Assembly: GCF_052425735.1 (NCBI RefSeq)
Contig: NC_135770.1
Coordinates: 6,076,001-6,140,000 of the forward strand
DNA from: Oculina patagonica
Taxonomy: Eukaryota
Direction of reading: 5' to 3'
DNA length: 64,000 nucleotides
This document shows, in pieces, positions 25,422-39,100 of the stretch. Position numbers and translations under genes: made by a program. The notes beneath the pieces were generated by a model. That model saw only the letters and a program-made list of their open reading frames with translations, was not told the origin of the DNA and searched no databases. Within the stretch, counting starts at the first letter, position 1. Each line of letters starts with the position of its first letter.

Positions 25422-28400
25422 TCAAATGATTGGACTCTCCAAATCCGATGGAGAAGAGATGGGCGCAGTTAGCTCAGTAAGAACAGAAGACAGATCGTGT
25501 CGACGCTGTTGCCTGCGATTGCGCACACAGAGGTAGATAGTTGCACAGACAATGGCCATGATGACGACGCCGCAGACCGCCACGACGATGGCCAAATTGG
25601 CCAACTGGAACTCGTCCTGTTTGTCAGCTCCACCTGAAAGAAACAACAATAATAAAAAATATAGTAAATGGTTTGAACCCAGGAGACAGTAGTCGTGAGT
25701 GAGCGTCGAGAGAGCTGAGAAGAACTGTTGTTGTGACTGACGTCGACAACCGAGCGGAGCACCAGAGCAGAAGGTTGTCAGTCGAGATGTATAAGTCTGA
25801 TCCGAAGTACCAGACTATAACCACGAGACCCCCCCGGTGCCCGCCAGGCCGCCCGCCCGCCACCCGACGACACCACGACCAATAATAAAAAAAATTACCA
25901 TCTTTATTTTTTATTATTTACTACAAACTTGATGATTTCGACATTGCTGATCCTAGCAGTATGCTGGACGTGTGTCACATATCAACCTAGTAAATGGCCC
26001 AGCTCACAAAGAGTCTCTCGTAGCTCAGTTGGTTAGAGCGCCCAACTGATATCTGGGAGGCCATGGGTTCGATTCCTGTCGGAGGACTCAGAATTTTTCG
26101 TTGTCCCATGCTCGTGTCATGTTGAACACTTCATCTTCATTACCTTAATAATTTAATTTTTTTTAAAGTGATAAAGGTTATTCAAGGTCATTCCCTGATT
26201 TGCCTAGAGCAGACGCAGTGCTTCTTCGAAGCCGTGCTTAGTCCTTAACGTTAAAAACGAAGTACACCAATGACACTTGCTATTTGTCCTAAGCAACTAG
26301 TCATTGTCACGCATTTTATTTCAAATTATTTTTAAAGATACTTTTGTGTTTCCCCCATTTCTTTTCCGCTCAGCACCTAAGGAAGGTATGTGTTGCAAAC
26401 AAAAATATCAGGCAAATTTGTTTAAAACATTTTAGCTGTTTATCTATTTTGTTTATTTTGGGTTGCTTGCGCTATTAGTATATATCGATACGCTGTAAGT
26501 ATACATCTATACCCACAGCAGTTAGTACATACCAATCCAGAGGCAAGTCCTCGTATAGGTCATATAGTGGAGTACCTCCCGGGGAAGGGTGGCCCTGATA
26601 GGATCAGGGTCTATTAAGACCCATTAAGAACAATTGGGCAGACATATAAGAAGACATATTCATTTAAAGGGGCTATGTCATGCAATTTTAGGCAATTTTG
26701 GCACCGACCAATAACGGCTTAAAACTGTAGACGAACTCATGAAAAAAAAAAACTCAGAACGGCCAAAAAGGGGCATGGATGGGCAAAATTCGAGAAGATT
26801 GAAAGTTTATCTCAATTTTTATGAAAGTGTCATTTACAGTGCTCGAAAATCATCCTTGTTTGTTATGTGGCCGTGATTTTGCCAATGAAAGAATTTTGCT
26901 CTGCCAATTTGAAGTTAGAGCTCTTAAATAACGAAAATGAATAAAATTACCTAAAATACCGTGACATAGCCCCTTTAACGCGAATGAATTCTAAGTACCT
27001 TCATCGTCCACTTCGCCGTGTTCTTTTTCGTCTTCCTCGACGAAAAAGAAGGGGCCTGCTGACACGTGATACACCTTCGATTCATCCACTATTTCATCAA
27101 ATGAACGCCTTTTTCTTTTTTGTCCGCAAACCTTCGGACAGTCACACGTAGAGCTCGGCCCTTCGTCCGCCAAGCAGACTATGAGACTGCAGTGAAAGTA
27201 GACGGAGTCGCCATCTGAAGCACCAACGTACCTAAAGGAGCTGATCGAGAAGGTCTCATCTGTACTGTCATCGGCACATGTATATGATAAGGTGTCGTCG
27301 AGATCACCGCTCAAAGCAGCGTGACCGCAACTGTTAAAAAAAGAGACAAGCAAAACAATTTATTTATTGTGTTGTCTTACTGTCAAACAAAGATTTGTGT
27401 GTAATCATGTTGCAAAATTCGACCTTGGGAGTGTGTAAATGTCCTGTTGACCCCGCGAGTTTGAGCAACCCTCCATACACCATGCTACATACTATAACTT
27501 CCCCTCCCCGCGGGGCGTACTCGATTTCCCCTTTTATACAGAGAGACTCCGTGCCGAGTCCAAAATACTTACTTACTTGCATACGAGCCTAGTGGCCAAT
27601 CAGGCCAGAGCTTGTACCGGTTTCTGTTGCATGAACCGCTTAGGTGTATTTTTCCTCCCCCTCCCCATAAATGGGATGCCAGTCCATCACAGGGTTACCC
27701 CCAGAATTAATTTCGCAGGTACGCCTGGTTGAAGAGAGGTACTATGAGAGTTAAGTGTCTTATCCAAGCACACAATGCAATGCTCCGGCTAGGGCACGAA
27801 TCGAGATCGGGAGTTTAGCGCACTAACCATTAGGCTACCACGTTTACTCCCGGTTAATAAAATTGGCCTTTTTCATGCAAAGGAAAGAAAAGGTCTCCCT
27901 TTATTTCTTACAAATTCAAATGTCTGCATAAAAAATGTATCGCAACTCCCTAAAAAATCAACCTATCTTTTTTAAAAAGCGCTCCCACCTTCCCCTCCTA
28001 CAAAAAATATGAATAAAGGAAACATCACGGATGCCTAATGGAATCATTGTGACGGTATAACTGGGAGAAACTGGTGGTGAGTCATTTAAATGGCACAGAA
28101 AGAACTGCGGCAGCAAAATCATTCTTCCCCTTAATTTTCCGATCATCGCTTGAATTAAAATCCAATTAAACAAACCTGAGAAATTGTCCCGAACTCCTTA
28201 GGGGTGTGTGTTCCAAGCTGGAAATGGAGAAATCTTGTCCAAGTAATTCTTCAAGTGTAAGATCGCTATTAAATCTTTTTTTGGGGAGGGAGGAAAATCG
28301 GACAACCCGGAACAAAACCCTCGGAACAAGGATGAAAACCAACAACAAACTCAACCCACATATGACGCCGGGGCGGGAATCGAACAAGGGTGGTATGGAA

Positions 28401-28750
28401 GAGCTCTCGCCACTGAACCTTCCCTGCTCTCATCGAATGGTGATCGATTACGTAATAAAAAAATACTTACCCGTTTGCTATCAGTGTAACTTTCTTATCT
28501 GTCGAACTCGCACTGTTGCTCGTTGAAGACCAGCAGGATGTAGGATAAAGGTCAAGGTTTGGCTTGTTGCTAGCAGTGGTAACCGAGGCCTTGAAGTACA
28601 AAGTTTTATCCAGCGCAACAGGGTTTGGAACATCGCCAGTGAAACTAGACGAAGTATAAACTCCGAGCGAAAAGGTGAAAGATGCGGTACCTAAAGGAGA
28701 CAAACAGAGTAAAAAATTTAATAATAATAATAATGATATTAATAATAATG

Positions 28751-28782
<32 letters not shown>

Positions 28783-31262
28783 GTTGATGATGATGATGAT
28801 GATAATAATGATGATGATAATGAAGAGCAAGTCATAATATAGAGGATAATATTGTATTGCAAAGAGATATGAAATTTCTCTTCTTGTGTTCAAATCGATA
28901 TCTCACTCGTTCGCTTTGCTCAATCGATTTCGATTTGAACACTCGAAGATAAATTTCATACCTCCAAGTAAGCAAGTATTATTTTATTTATTTCATAAAC
29001 CTACAAATAACGAGGTTTTTGACAATTTTTTCAAGATTTCCGACCATTATCCGAAAATTTCCAAAGATTTTCAAAATGTTGTCAGAAGGTCACACAAATG
29101 TTTCAGAACATTTCCCGAAAATATCCGAAGATAACCGAAGATTGCCGAGGAAGATCCGAAGATGTTTTGACTTAATATCGATAAACTTTGGCTTATTATT
29201 CAGCATTGAAACACATTGGCAAACTCGTCAGCAAACGTGACGAAATCGATATCTCCGCATGTGAAAAATATATCTTTTAGAGTGTAAAGATATGATTTAT
29301 TTCTCACAGCGAGAGAAATCCTGGTATAGTTTACTGTAGTTTATATAATAAAATTGTTTTCTACATACTTGTATCATTGTCTGTTCGGTGCTTGATTGGT
29401 ACGAAACTTGCCACTACGTTGTCGTCGTTGTCGTATTTACACGACACATAATACAGATGTTCATACGAACGGGACTGGAGTTGGTCCGTCACTGTTGGAT
29501 TGATTTTAAGGATGTACTTAATGCCATCTGATAGCTGTTCTGAAGACTCAGCACAGTCGGGGAGGCTCAAACTAGAGTAGGTTACTGTCGTTGCGTCAGT
29601 AAAGGTTGGCTCACAGGAGTCGCTGCTTTCTAATTGCCAGGCAGCTGCAGTCCACTCGTCAAGATCGTCTACGTCGCTGATAGTTATGCTAACCGTGTGA
29701 CCATCGTTACAAGTGACTGAACCAGTAGGAGCACCTGAGAAGAAGAATCACAATCAAAGTCTTATAACCCATCCACACCAGGAAAACATGTTTAGTTAAA
29801 CCGGGTTTAACAAAATGAAAATCAGCAACTGGATTTACATAGGGTTCAAATAAGACAACTCTATGTGCTCATCAACTAACTCAAGTTCCCGATATGCAGC
29901 ATTTCTACGCCCTAGAGGTCAAATTGCCGATAACGATTATTACATAACAAGCGTTTACTACGCATCAGTGTTTGTTTGTACGAAAGAGTAAAGGGTAACC
30001 ACTGGCAACAAAAATGGTAAAAAAGGTGTAAGTGATTGTCGAGGACTGTCTCACAAGTGATCGAAAAAAAATGCCGATAGCAAAACTATTGCCTCTGTTA
30101 TCGATGACATCAGAGTTTTTCTTTTGAAAACGAAAATTGCTTTAGCACAAGAAATGACATTTTGCGACTCCTGGAGGTGGCAAGAATGGCGGACTGAAAA
30201 ATGTTTAAAACCTTGGCCCTATCAAAAGGCGCTATAATATTTTGATTACCAAGTCAATTTTCTTTTAAGTAACATTTAGTTATTAAAATAGTCGTACTGC
30301 AAGATACTTTTGTGAAAAATCAAGTACAACATACTTACGGTATTTCATCCTGCAGCATTTGAATGTTTCAATGCAGTAAAGTTCATTGCAGACGCTTTTG
30401 TAGAGGCCGACCATGTAATAACCCTCTTTTTTACAGACACTCCAACCCTTGTTGTCGAACGAAATAAGGACATCTTCATCATAACAGCCGTCATAACTAT
30501 CTTCCTGTTGATTCTGTGGACGGCAACACTTCCCTTCCTCAATGTTAAACAGTTTTTGTCCCGATACCCTGAAGCCGTTTAAGAAATAACCGTTGGGGCA
30601 TAAAGCCCAGACATTAAACCTGGGAAAAAAAGAAAAATCGGCAACGTACACATACAGCATGAAAATTGGGATTTACATTAACTTAAAGGTGGTTAAATCT
30701 GGTGTAAAGTCGGTTATCCAACTTTACACCATCAATTAAATGCTGTTAAAGGTGGTTAAACCGACCTTTACGCTACCGTGTGTAAATGTGATTCAAAGTT
30801 GGTGCAAAGAAATCTCTCTATCTACCTTTATACTTGAGTGTAAAGCTGGGATAAAGGTCAGCTTTTAAAAAAATGTAAAGTCAGCGTATAGCTGAATAAA
30901 TTCCAAATTTACGCCAGCTTTATTTGAGCTTTACACCGGCCGGTTTCATTATAATTATTCAAACTGCTCACCCATCTAGAGCAATTACCCAGTTAGCATT
31001 TTCACACACTGCAGGCTGATTGGTATAAGCTGATTCGCTGGCTGGACAGCACTTTCCAAATTCGATGCGTCCAATTCGTTCATCTCCTAGTTGTCGGTCA
31101 TTTCTCCACAATCCCTTGAGGTACGTGTTCGTTTTGGGGCACACAGACCAGCCAGTCGTGTCCAGGCTGACCGACCAGTCTGCTTGATCACAGCTCAGGC
31201 TCGTGTCAGGCTTGAACACCAGCAGCACGCTGAGTAAGTCGAATGACGAAAACAAACCGCAT
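25422..31262 (-). CDS. G3: chimeric paralog (G2-type Cys/Trp-repeat 5' exons + G4-type ZP/TM exons); start region frameshifted, possible pseudogene
   Basis: Exons about 31262-30972, 30619-30339, 29734-29369, 28690-28471, 27330-26999 and 25633-25422. The ATG at 31262 (equivalent to the G2 start) is out of frame with the domain and reaches TGA after 18 codons. The downstream exons are open. Confidence 0.72.
25922..26140 (+). repeat. Dispersed repeat with an internal tRNA-like segment (copies at 36414-36630 and 61480-61680; degenerate minus-strand copies near 22.5 and 33.1 kb)
   Basis: TTGATGATTTCGAC...GCTGATCCTAGCAGTATG...GTAGCTCAGTTGGTTAGAGCG...GGGTTCGATTCC recurs. The cloverleaf is not intact. 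Confidence 0.75.
26668..26974. mobile_element. Non-autonomous TIR element with TTAA target duplication (Kolobok-like termini); copy at 37154-37508
   Basis: TTAA|AGGGGCTATGTCA ... TGACATAGCCCCT|TTAA. Related termini occur at about 410, 54270 and about 56953. Confidence 0.75.
27590..27842 (-). mobile_element. Degenerate tRNA-derived SINE (copy at about 38124-38376)
   Basis: Reverse-complement similarity to the SINE family at 14396 and 20646 (GCGCACTAACCATTAGGC). Confidence 0.65.
28718..28822. repeat. (AAT/GAT)n microsatellite
   Basis: Read directly. Similar arrays occur at 18450-18510 and 53470-53519. Confidence 0.95.
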
Positions 31263-31346
31263 CCTGGACTCAGCTATTTAATGCTTCCACCAAAACCTGG
31301 AGGAAAAAAAATTGGTCATTATTGAGGGTGCTTTAGTTGTCTTAAT

Positions 31347-31905
31347 GGGAGGCGCGGTGGCCTAATGGTCAGTGCGCCGGACTCCGGATCGAGCGGTACG
31401 AGTTTGAGCCCTGGCCGGGATCACTTGTGTTGTGTTCTTGGGCAAGACACTTTACCCTAAAAATGCCTCTCTCCACCCAGGTTATGAATTTGTGGGGAGC
31501 AGGGATGGCGCAGTGGTGAGAGCGCTCGCCTCCCACCAATGTGGCCCGGGTTCGATTCCGGCCCGGTGCCATATGTGGGTTGAGTTTGTTGTTGGTTCTC
31601 GCCCTGCTCCGAGGGTTTTTCTCCGGGTTGTCCGGTTTTCCTCCCTCCAGAAGAACCAACATTTCCAAATTCCAATTCGACCTGGACAGAGGACCCGCAT
31701 GAAAACCAGCTAGCGCTGATGTGGCTTCCTCTCTAAATATAGCAATTTATTTATTTAATGTGTACCGGCGACATACTGCTTGAGGAGGGGGGGGGGGGGG
31801 GTACCCTGCGATGGTCTAGCATCCCATTCAGGAAGGAGTAGAAATATTCCTAGCCGCTTAATGCTACAGAAACCGGAATAAGCTCCGGCAGTATGGGCCG
31901 CGTGG
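31347..31905 (+). mobile_element. Duplicate of the nested SINE-in-SINE (inner element 31494-31757)
   Basis: Near-identical to 20646-21220. Confidence 0.82.
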
Positions 31906-31968
31906 CTAATAAGTGTTAATCCTGACAAGCTATTTTTTTCATATAATTCTATACATAAAAAAACATTA

Positions 31969-32186
31969 ATTAGCCGGTTAGAAAAACCTTAACCTATTCT
32001 CAAACTCTAAATTGGTAAAATGTTTGACTTGCTCGACTGAAGCCGGACTTGGAATGCGAGTACCTAGTGGGCCAGTTTTGGTAAGTAGAACTGGCGATGC
32101 GGAATGAACCGAACGCGTAGTTAAGGTGCCAAAGTCGACGCGCATCAGACCCCACAAAAGGTGTTGGTTGCTATAGACAGCAGGAC
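31969..32186 (+). pseudogene. Second copy of the 28S rRNA fragment (within the duplication)
   Basis: Same LSU motifs as 21361-21583. Confidence 0.88.
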
Positions 32187-35100
32187 AAGATTTGACACTT
32201 AAATAAAGCTTATGTTTTTAGATTTGGAATGTCTCAATTTGAAACTCAAAGATTGTATTTATCTGTGATCTTAAGAGTCAGTTTTTGATAAAAAAAAGGC
32301 AAAACAAACAAGTTCATATTATTCAAGCCAATGTTTCTGAAAATCGAAAGCCGAATTTCACTGTTGGTGTATTTAGATGGTGGACGCACTTTTAAACATA
32401 ATCATTCCCAATTTTTTCTGTGTATTTTAACACATTAAACCTTCACCAAACTTTCTCGAAAACAGTCTAATAGAACTTTTTGAAATTTTGCTATAAATGG
32501 ATTTGACATTTGTGAAGTTGTAAGAGCGCTGCACAAACAATTTGATGTTGCTATTCCTAAGGAAGAACTGGAGACAAAGGCTGTATTGCTAACATTAACT
32601 GTATAACTTACGAGAGTTGAATTGAAACCGCTTGTCACCAGACGATTAATATTGCAGCTGGCTACTGAAAGGAAGAAATGAATAAAATCGGGTTAAAGTT
32701 GTGTAAGAAAACGTTTTAACGGCAAATACAAGGCCTCAGTTACCTCAGTCACTGAACTTAGTTGCGAAGCGATGTTTAAAGTTTTGCTCAGTCGACTTGT
32801 TAAATATTCAGTATATAATTCAAATGCACGCAATAACCTTATGCGTTTGTAACATGTACCGGTCAAAACGTGTTGGCTGATGAGAAACCAAAATTTTAAA
32901 TCCAAGAAGTTTGGACACTTTAGACAAAGTAGAATAAAATGCTATTCACGAGGAAATATTTTATTAACGCGCCATTGTTACAGTATAGTGACTAGCTGTA
33001 ATGAATACAAAAATAACGCATAATCACAATTTCGTTTCTGATTTTAACAAAATATCAGTGAGAAAGATGTTATTTCTGTTGCGACGAGCGTGGGACTAAG
33101 AAATAAAAACAAGGCCCGACGGAAAACGAACCCACACACCGGTCCCATGATCTAATTAAGCAGCTAAGCTAAAAAGAGACCCGTGCGATCTTGGTCATTT
33201 TTTCTACAATGGGTTCATGTACTTTATGTGACACGCGTCCTGCATACTTTCAAAATCGGCAATGCACATGTTGAAAGCTCCTGTGTGGCGATGGGGAAAA
33301 AATTGTAATTTTAAGCTCGGTAAATGACATTTTCTATTATCACAATTTTGTGGGACAAAATTTACAGCCATGGCCAGCCAAAGAAGCAAGCCCACAAGAG
33401 ATGTCGCATTGAGGTATAAACTATAAGCGCCGTCTTTCAGTTTTCCGAGAACTCACTGTCTTTCGACCAATTTGGCGACTGCCAACCCTAAAACAATTTA
33501 TGGACAGAAAATCGAAATAACCTCATCCCCTCCCGCCCCTTCCTTCTTCCACGGTAGTTCATGTATGGAAGATTTACAGAAAATGTCTTTAATATTTGAT
33601 TTGCTTCAGAACCAAATTGGCATTCTATCGAAATATGGTGTAGAAGTCAATAACACTTTATAAGCTATATTAAGCCTTCGTGAGATTATTTCTGCCTAAG
33701 ACCTTTCGAGGGGGGGGGGGGGGGCTTAATAGAGATTGTGTGGGGAGGGGAGGGTATATTTCAAACAATATATCAATTACACAATAGGGTATACTTGAAA
33801 TCAAGGGGTCTTTTGAGTGGTGAGGGCCGTCCCTAGGATTTTTTTTTCTGCGGGGGCAAGTTTTTCTTTTTTCTTTAGTTTTCTTAGTTTTTTAGTTTCC
33901 CTGCCCCCCCCCCCCCCTCCTTCTAGATGTCATGGTCATCAAGGTGGACAGACATCTGTGATTTTTACGACACAATTTCACGAAATAGTAACCATAAAGA
34001 GTAAATGTGGTGAATCAATAACTACCTTCAGTGTTTTCTTTTGACACATTGTCTTGACCAATTACCCTGGGAGGTTAGGGTAATTACCCAGGGTTATGGA
34101 GAGGGGCTTATTAAAAAGAAGAACTTCCATAGGGAGGCTTACTGGTCAGGACTGACCGGGGCTTCGTATTCTAGGTATTGGACTGGACCTAGAGCTTGCA
34201 ATGGAGGCTAATGCGAGGAATCTTTTCAACTACAAATGACATGAACGTCCTTTTGATGATACAGTTGAACCCCGGTAGCTAGAACTCTGAAGAGAAACGA
34301 AAAACAGTTCGAGTTAGGGGGGCTCGAGTTATTGGGGTCGATTGAATATTTAATATGCCAAGTTAATAATTGACAGTTAACTGATTTTTCAGTACTTCAG
34401 TATACAGTCAAGTGCAAATGGAACATATCTCGTCAGAAACTCTAACACGATCCTACATTCTTATGATAAGAGTGAAAAATGGCTGTCAAATACAATACGT
34501 ACGTAATCTGTTCGTTGCTCTAATCAATGGGCAGAGTGGCGAGTTGTAAGAACCGGAATTCGAGTTATCGGGGCAAATTTGACCCATAATTTGATCAAGG
34601 AAAACGAAATTTAGTTCGAGTTAACAAGGTTTTCGAGATATCCGAGTTCGAATAAATCGAGTAAACTGAAAAGTGGAGTCAAATCCTAGGGAAATGGAAG
34701 TTTGTTCGAGTTAGCGGGGTGTTCGAGTTATCCGAGTTCGACTTACCGGGGTTTTCTGTATTCCCCCACATTAGCTCCATTTCAAGCTTGTCCAAGTCCA
34801 ATACCGAGAATACGAATGTGGTCTATTGTTTTTCTTTGTAAATAAGCACCAGTGCGGCGACAGAAGGAACATCCTTCCTTCCAGGTTTTTGTTTTAAACT
34901 GATCAGGGCTGGTTAATCTTATACACATTAACAATAATTTGTATAAAAAACGGCAGACACAGTTTTAGTAGTAGCCAAGAATACAGATTGTGTTTTTTTT
35001 ATTGCTGTGCATGTTACATGGATAATTGTACATCTCTGGCTCGAGAATGAAACCTGCATCGCTACTAAGTTTGAATGGCGCGCAGAACAAGAACCTTATT

Positions 35101-36143
35101 TATTAAACTGATTTGATCATTTCTTCGATATCCCACGCAAATATGTTTTGGAAATTCCGTGATTCGGTATATGGAGCAATTCTGAATATTCACAGATAAC
35201 CATTCAGTTTTACATCTATACATTTTCACATTAATCCTTATTATAAATTCCAAAATTCTAATTTTACACAGAAAAAGGTTTTTAAATATCTTTATATTTT
35301 ACTAATACGCTTACACTCATTTACTTTGGTATATATAATGCCTTTTTAAGCATGCTCGTGCTTTTTAGATTAGGGTTCTATAAGCTACAGCAATTATGCT
35401 AACTTTGTTCAGATCTATATAGGCATTTGTGCTAAGGTGCATTTTAAAATAGCAAGATAAGTAACACTTAGATCCGTATTAATTTACTACACACGTAATG
35501 TTTCCACTTATAAACTGATAGAGATACAAAGCTAAACTTTTCGCTACGCAGCATTATTACTTAAACCTTTCACTACCCGCAAGGTGTATTATAAATTCCA
35601 TGTCAGCCACGAGGTACTACAAAGGAAACCCTTGTGTGTGACCATTCAAATGAAAGCTATTGAGCAGTACTTCCATGTGGTACTGTTCATGTTGTTGTAC
35701 AGGGTCGCTCTCAATTCTAATTCTGTGGATAAAACCATAGTGTGTGACCATTTAGAAGAAAGATACTGAAAAGAACTTTCATGAATTGCTGTTTGCTTAT
35801 GTTTTCAAGGGGAAAAAAGAAATTTGGGATTTTCCTAACTTAGTAACTTGGCCCTCGTGGTAGTGAAAAGTTTCAACAAAGTAATAATTAAACTAAACCC
35901 CATTGCTTTCGATTCAAGTTTCTATGTTGGGTACCGGTCACCTGACGGGTTTCGTAATCTTAATAATTGCGGTTTCAAAACTAGGCAACATTTCAATCTA
36001 AGATTGAAAAGCACTTTGAAAATAGAAAAGTTGACTGATTCTGGAAATAATTCTAATAAACTGCCGAGAGAATAGAACTGATTCGTTGTTATCAGAAGTC
36101 TCTAAAGTTCGTTTCACTTGCGCTTGTGTGTAATAAAGCGTCA

Positions 36144-39100
36144 TTAAATGATTGGACTCTCCAAATCTGATGGGGAAGAGATGGGCGCAGTTAGCTCAGT
36201 AAGAACAGAAGACAGATCGTGTCGACGGTGCTGTCTGCGATTGCGCACACAGAGGTAGATAGTTGCACAGACAATGGCCATGATGACGACTCCGCAGACC
36301 GCCACGACAATGGCCAAATTGGCCAACTGGAACTCGTCCTGTTTGTCAGCTCCACCTGAAAGAAACAACAATAATAAAAAAATTACCATCTTTATTTCGA
36401 TTTATTATTTAATACAAACTTGATGATTTCGACGTTGCTGATCCTAGCAGTATGCAGGACGCGTGTCACATATCAACCTAGTAAATGGCCCAGCTCACAA
36501 CGAGTCTCTCGTAGCTCAGTTGGTTAGAGCGCACAACCGGTATCTGGGAGGCCATGGGTTCGATTCCTGTCGGGGACTCATAAGTTTTCTTTGTCCCATG
36601 CTCGTGTTATGTTGAACACTTCATCTTCATTACCTTAATAATTTTATTTTTTTTTAAGTGATAAAGGTAATTCAAGGTCATTCCCTGATTTGCCTAAAAC
36701 AGACGCGATTTTCGAAGCCGTCCTGGGTCTTTAACGTTAAAAACGAAGCACACCAATGACACTTGCTATTTGTCCTAAGCAACTAGTCATTGTCACGCAT
36801 TTTATTTCAAACTATTTGTAACGATACCTTTGTGTATCCGACATTTCTTTTCCGCTCAGCACCTAAGAAAGGTTTGTGTTGCAAACCGAAATATCGGGCA
36901 AATTTGCTTGAAATATTTTAGCTTTTTATCTATTTTGTTTATTTTGGGTTGCTTGCGCTATTAGTATATATCGATACGCTGTAAGTATACATCTATACCC
37001 ACAGCAGTTAGTACATACCAATCCAGAGGCAAGTCCTCGTATAGGTCATATAGTGGAGTACCTCCCGGGGAGGGGTGGCCCTGATAGGATCAGGGTCTAT
37101 TAAGACCCATTAAGAACAATTGGGCAGACATATAAGAAGACATGTTCATTTAAAGGGGCTATGTCATGCAATTTTAGGCAATTTTGGCACCGACCGACTG
37201 GTATTAGAATTAACTGAAATATCAAAATAACGGCTTAAAACTGTAGACGAACTCATGAAAAAAAAAACTCAGAACGGCCAAAAATGGGCATGGATGGGCA
37301 GGTAATCTCGAGAAAACGTCGGACCGACTTATTTCAAGTTTATCTCAACTTTTATGAAAGTGTCATTTACAGTACTCGAAAATCATCCTTGTTTGTTATG
37401 TGGCCGTGATTTTGCCAATGAAAGAATTTTGCTCTGCCAATTTGAAGTTTAGAGCTCTTAAGTAACGAAAATGAATAAAATTACCTAAAATACCGTGACA
37501 TAGCCCCTTTAACGGCAATGAATTCTAAGTACCTTCATCGTCCACTTCGCCGTGTTCTTTTTCGTCTTCCTCGACGAAAAAGAAGGGGCCTGCTGACACG
37601 TGATACACCTTGGATTCATCCACTATTTCATCAAATGAACGCCTTTTTCTTTTTTGTCCGCAAACCTTCGGACATTCACACGCAGAGCTCGGCCCTTCGT
37701 CCGCCAAGCAGACTATGAGACTGCAGTGGAAGTAGACGGAGTCGCCATCTGAAGCACCAACGTACCTAAAGGAGCTGATCGAGAAGGTCTCATCTGTACT
37801 GTCATCGGCACATGTATATGATAAGGTGTCGTCGAGATCACCGCTCAAAGCAGCGTGACCGCAACTGTTAAAAAAAGAGACAAGCAAAACAATTTATTTA
37901 TTGTGTTGTCTTACTGTCAAACAAAGATTTGTGTGTAATCATGTTGCAAAATTCGACCTTGGGAGTGTGTAAATGTCCTGTTGACCCCGCGAGTTTGAGC
38001 AACCCTCCATACACCATGCTACATACTATAACTTCCCCTCCCCGCAGGGCGTACTCGATTTCCCCTTTTATACAGAGAGACTCCGTGCCGAGTCCAAAAT
38101 ACTTACTTACTTGCATACGAGCCTAGTGGCCAATCAGGCCAGAGCTTGTACCGGTTTCTGTTGCATGAACCGCTTAGGTGTATTTTTCCTCCCCCTCCCC
38201 ATAAATGGGATGCCAGTCCATCACAGGGTTACCCCCAGAATTAATTTCGCAGGTACGCCTGGTTGAAGAGAGGTACTATGAGAGTTAAGTGTCTTACCCA
38301 AGCACACAATGCAATGCTCCGGCTAGGGCACGAATCGAGATCGGGAGTTTAGCGCACTAACCATTAGGCTACCACGTTTACTACCGGTTAATAAAATTGG
38401 TCTTTGTCATGCAAAGGAAAGAAAAGGTCTCCCTTTATTTCTTACAAATTCAAATGTTTGCATAAAAAATGTATCGCAACTCCCTAAAAAATCAACCTAT
38501 CCTTTTTAAAAAGCGCTCCCACCTTCCCCCCTTACAAAAAATATGAATAAAGGAAACATCACGGATGCCTAATGGAATCATTGTGACGGTATAACTGGGA
38601 GAAACTGGTGGTGAGTCATTTAAATGGCACAGAAAGAACTGCGGCAGCAAAATCATTCTTCCCCTTAATTTTCCGATCATCGCTTGAATTAAAATCCAAT
38701 TAAACAAACCTGAGAAATTGTCCCGAACTCCTTAGGGGTGTGTGTTCCAAGCTGGATATGGAGAAATCTTGTCGAACGGTAATTCTTCAAGTGTAAGATC
38801 GCTATTAAATCTTTTTTTGTGGAGGGAGGAAAACCGGACAACCCGGAACAAAACCCTCGGAACAAGGATGAAAACCAACAACAAACTCAACCCACATATG
38901 ACGCCGGGGCGGGAATCGAACAAGGGTGGCATGGAAGAGCTCTCACCACTAAACCTTCCCTGCTCTCATCGAATGGTGATTACGTAATAAAAAAATACTT
39001 ACCCGTTTGCTATCAGTGTAACTTTCTTATCTGTCGAACTCGCACTGCTGCTCGCTGAAGACCAGCAGGATGTAGGATAAAGGTCAAGGTTTGGCTTGTT

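Noticed and set aside
26012-26090. tRNA-like sequence (also near 36505, 61570 and at SINE heads)
   Set aside because: A and B boxes are present but the stems are degenerate and embedded in a longer dispersed repeat, so not called as tRNA genes.
28645-28893. Poly-Ile, poly-Leu/Ser and poly-Tyr/Asn ORFs (also at 53435-53664)
   Set aside because: Translations of intronic microsatellites.
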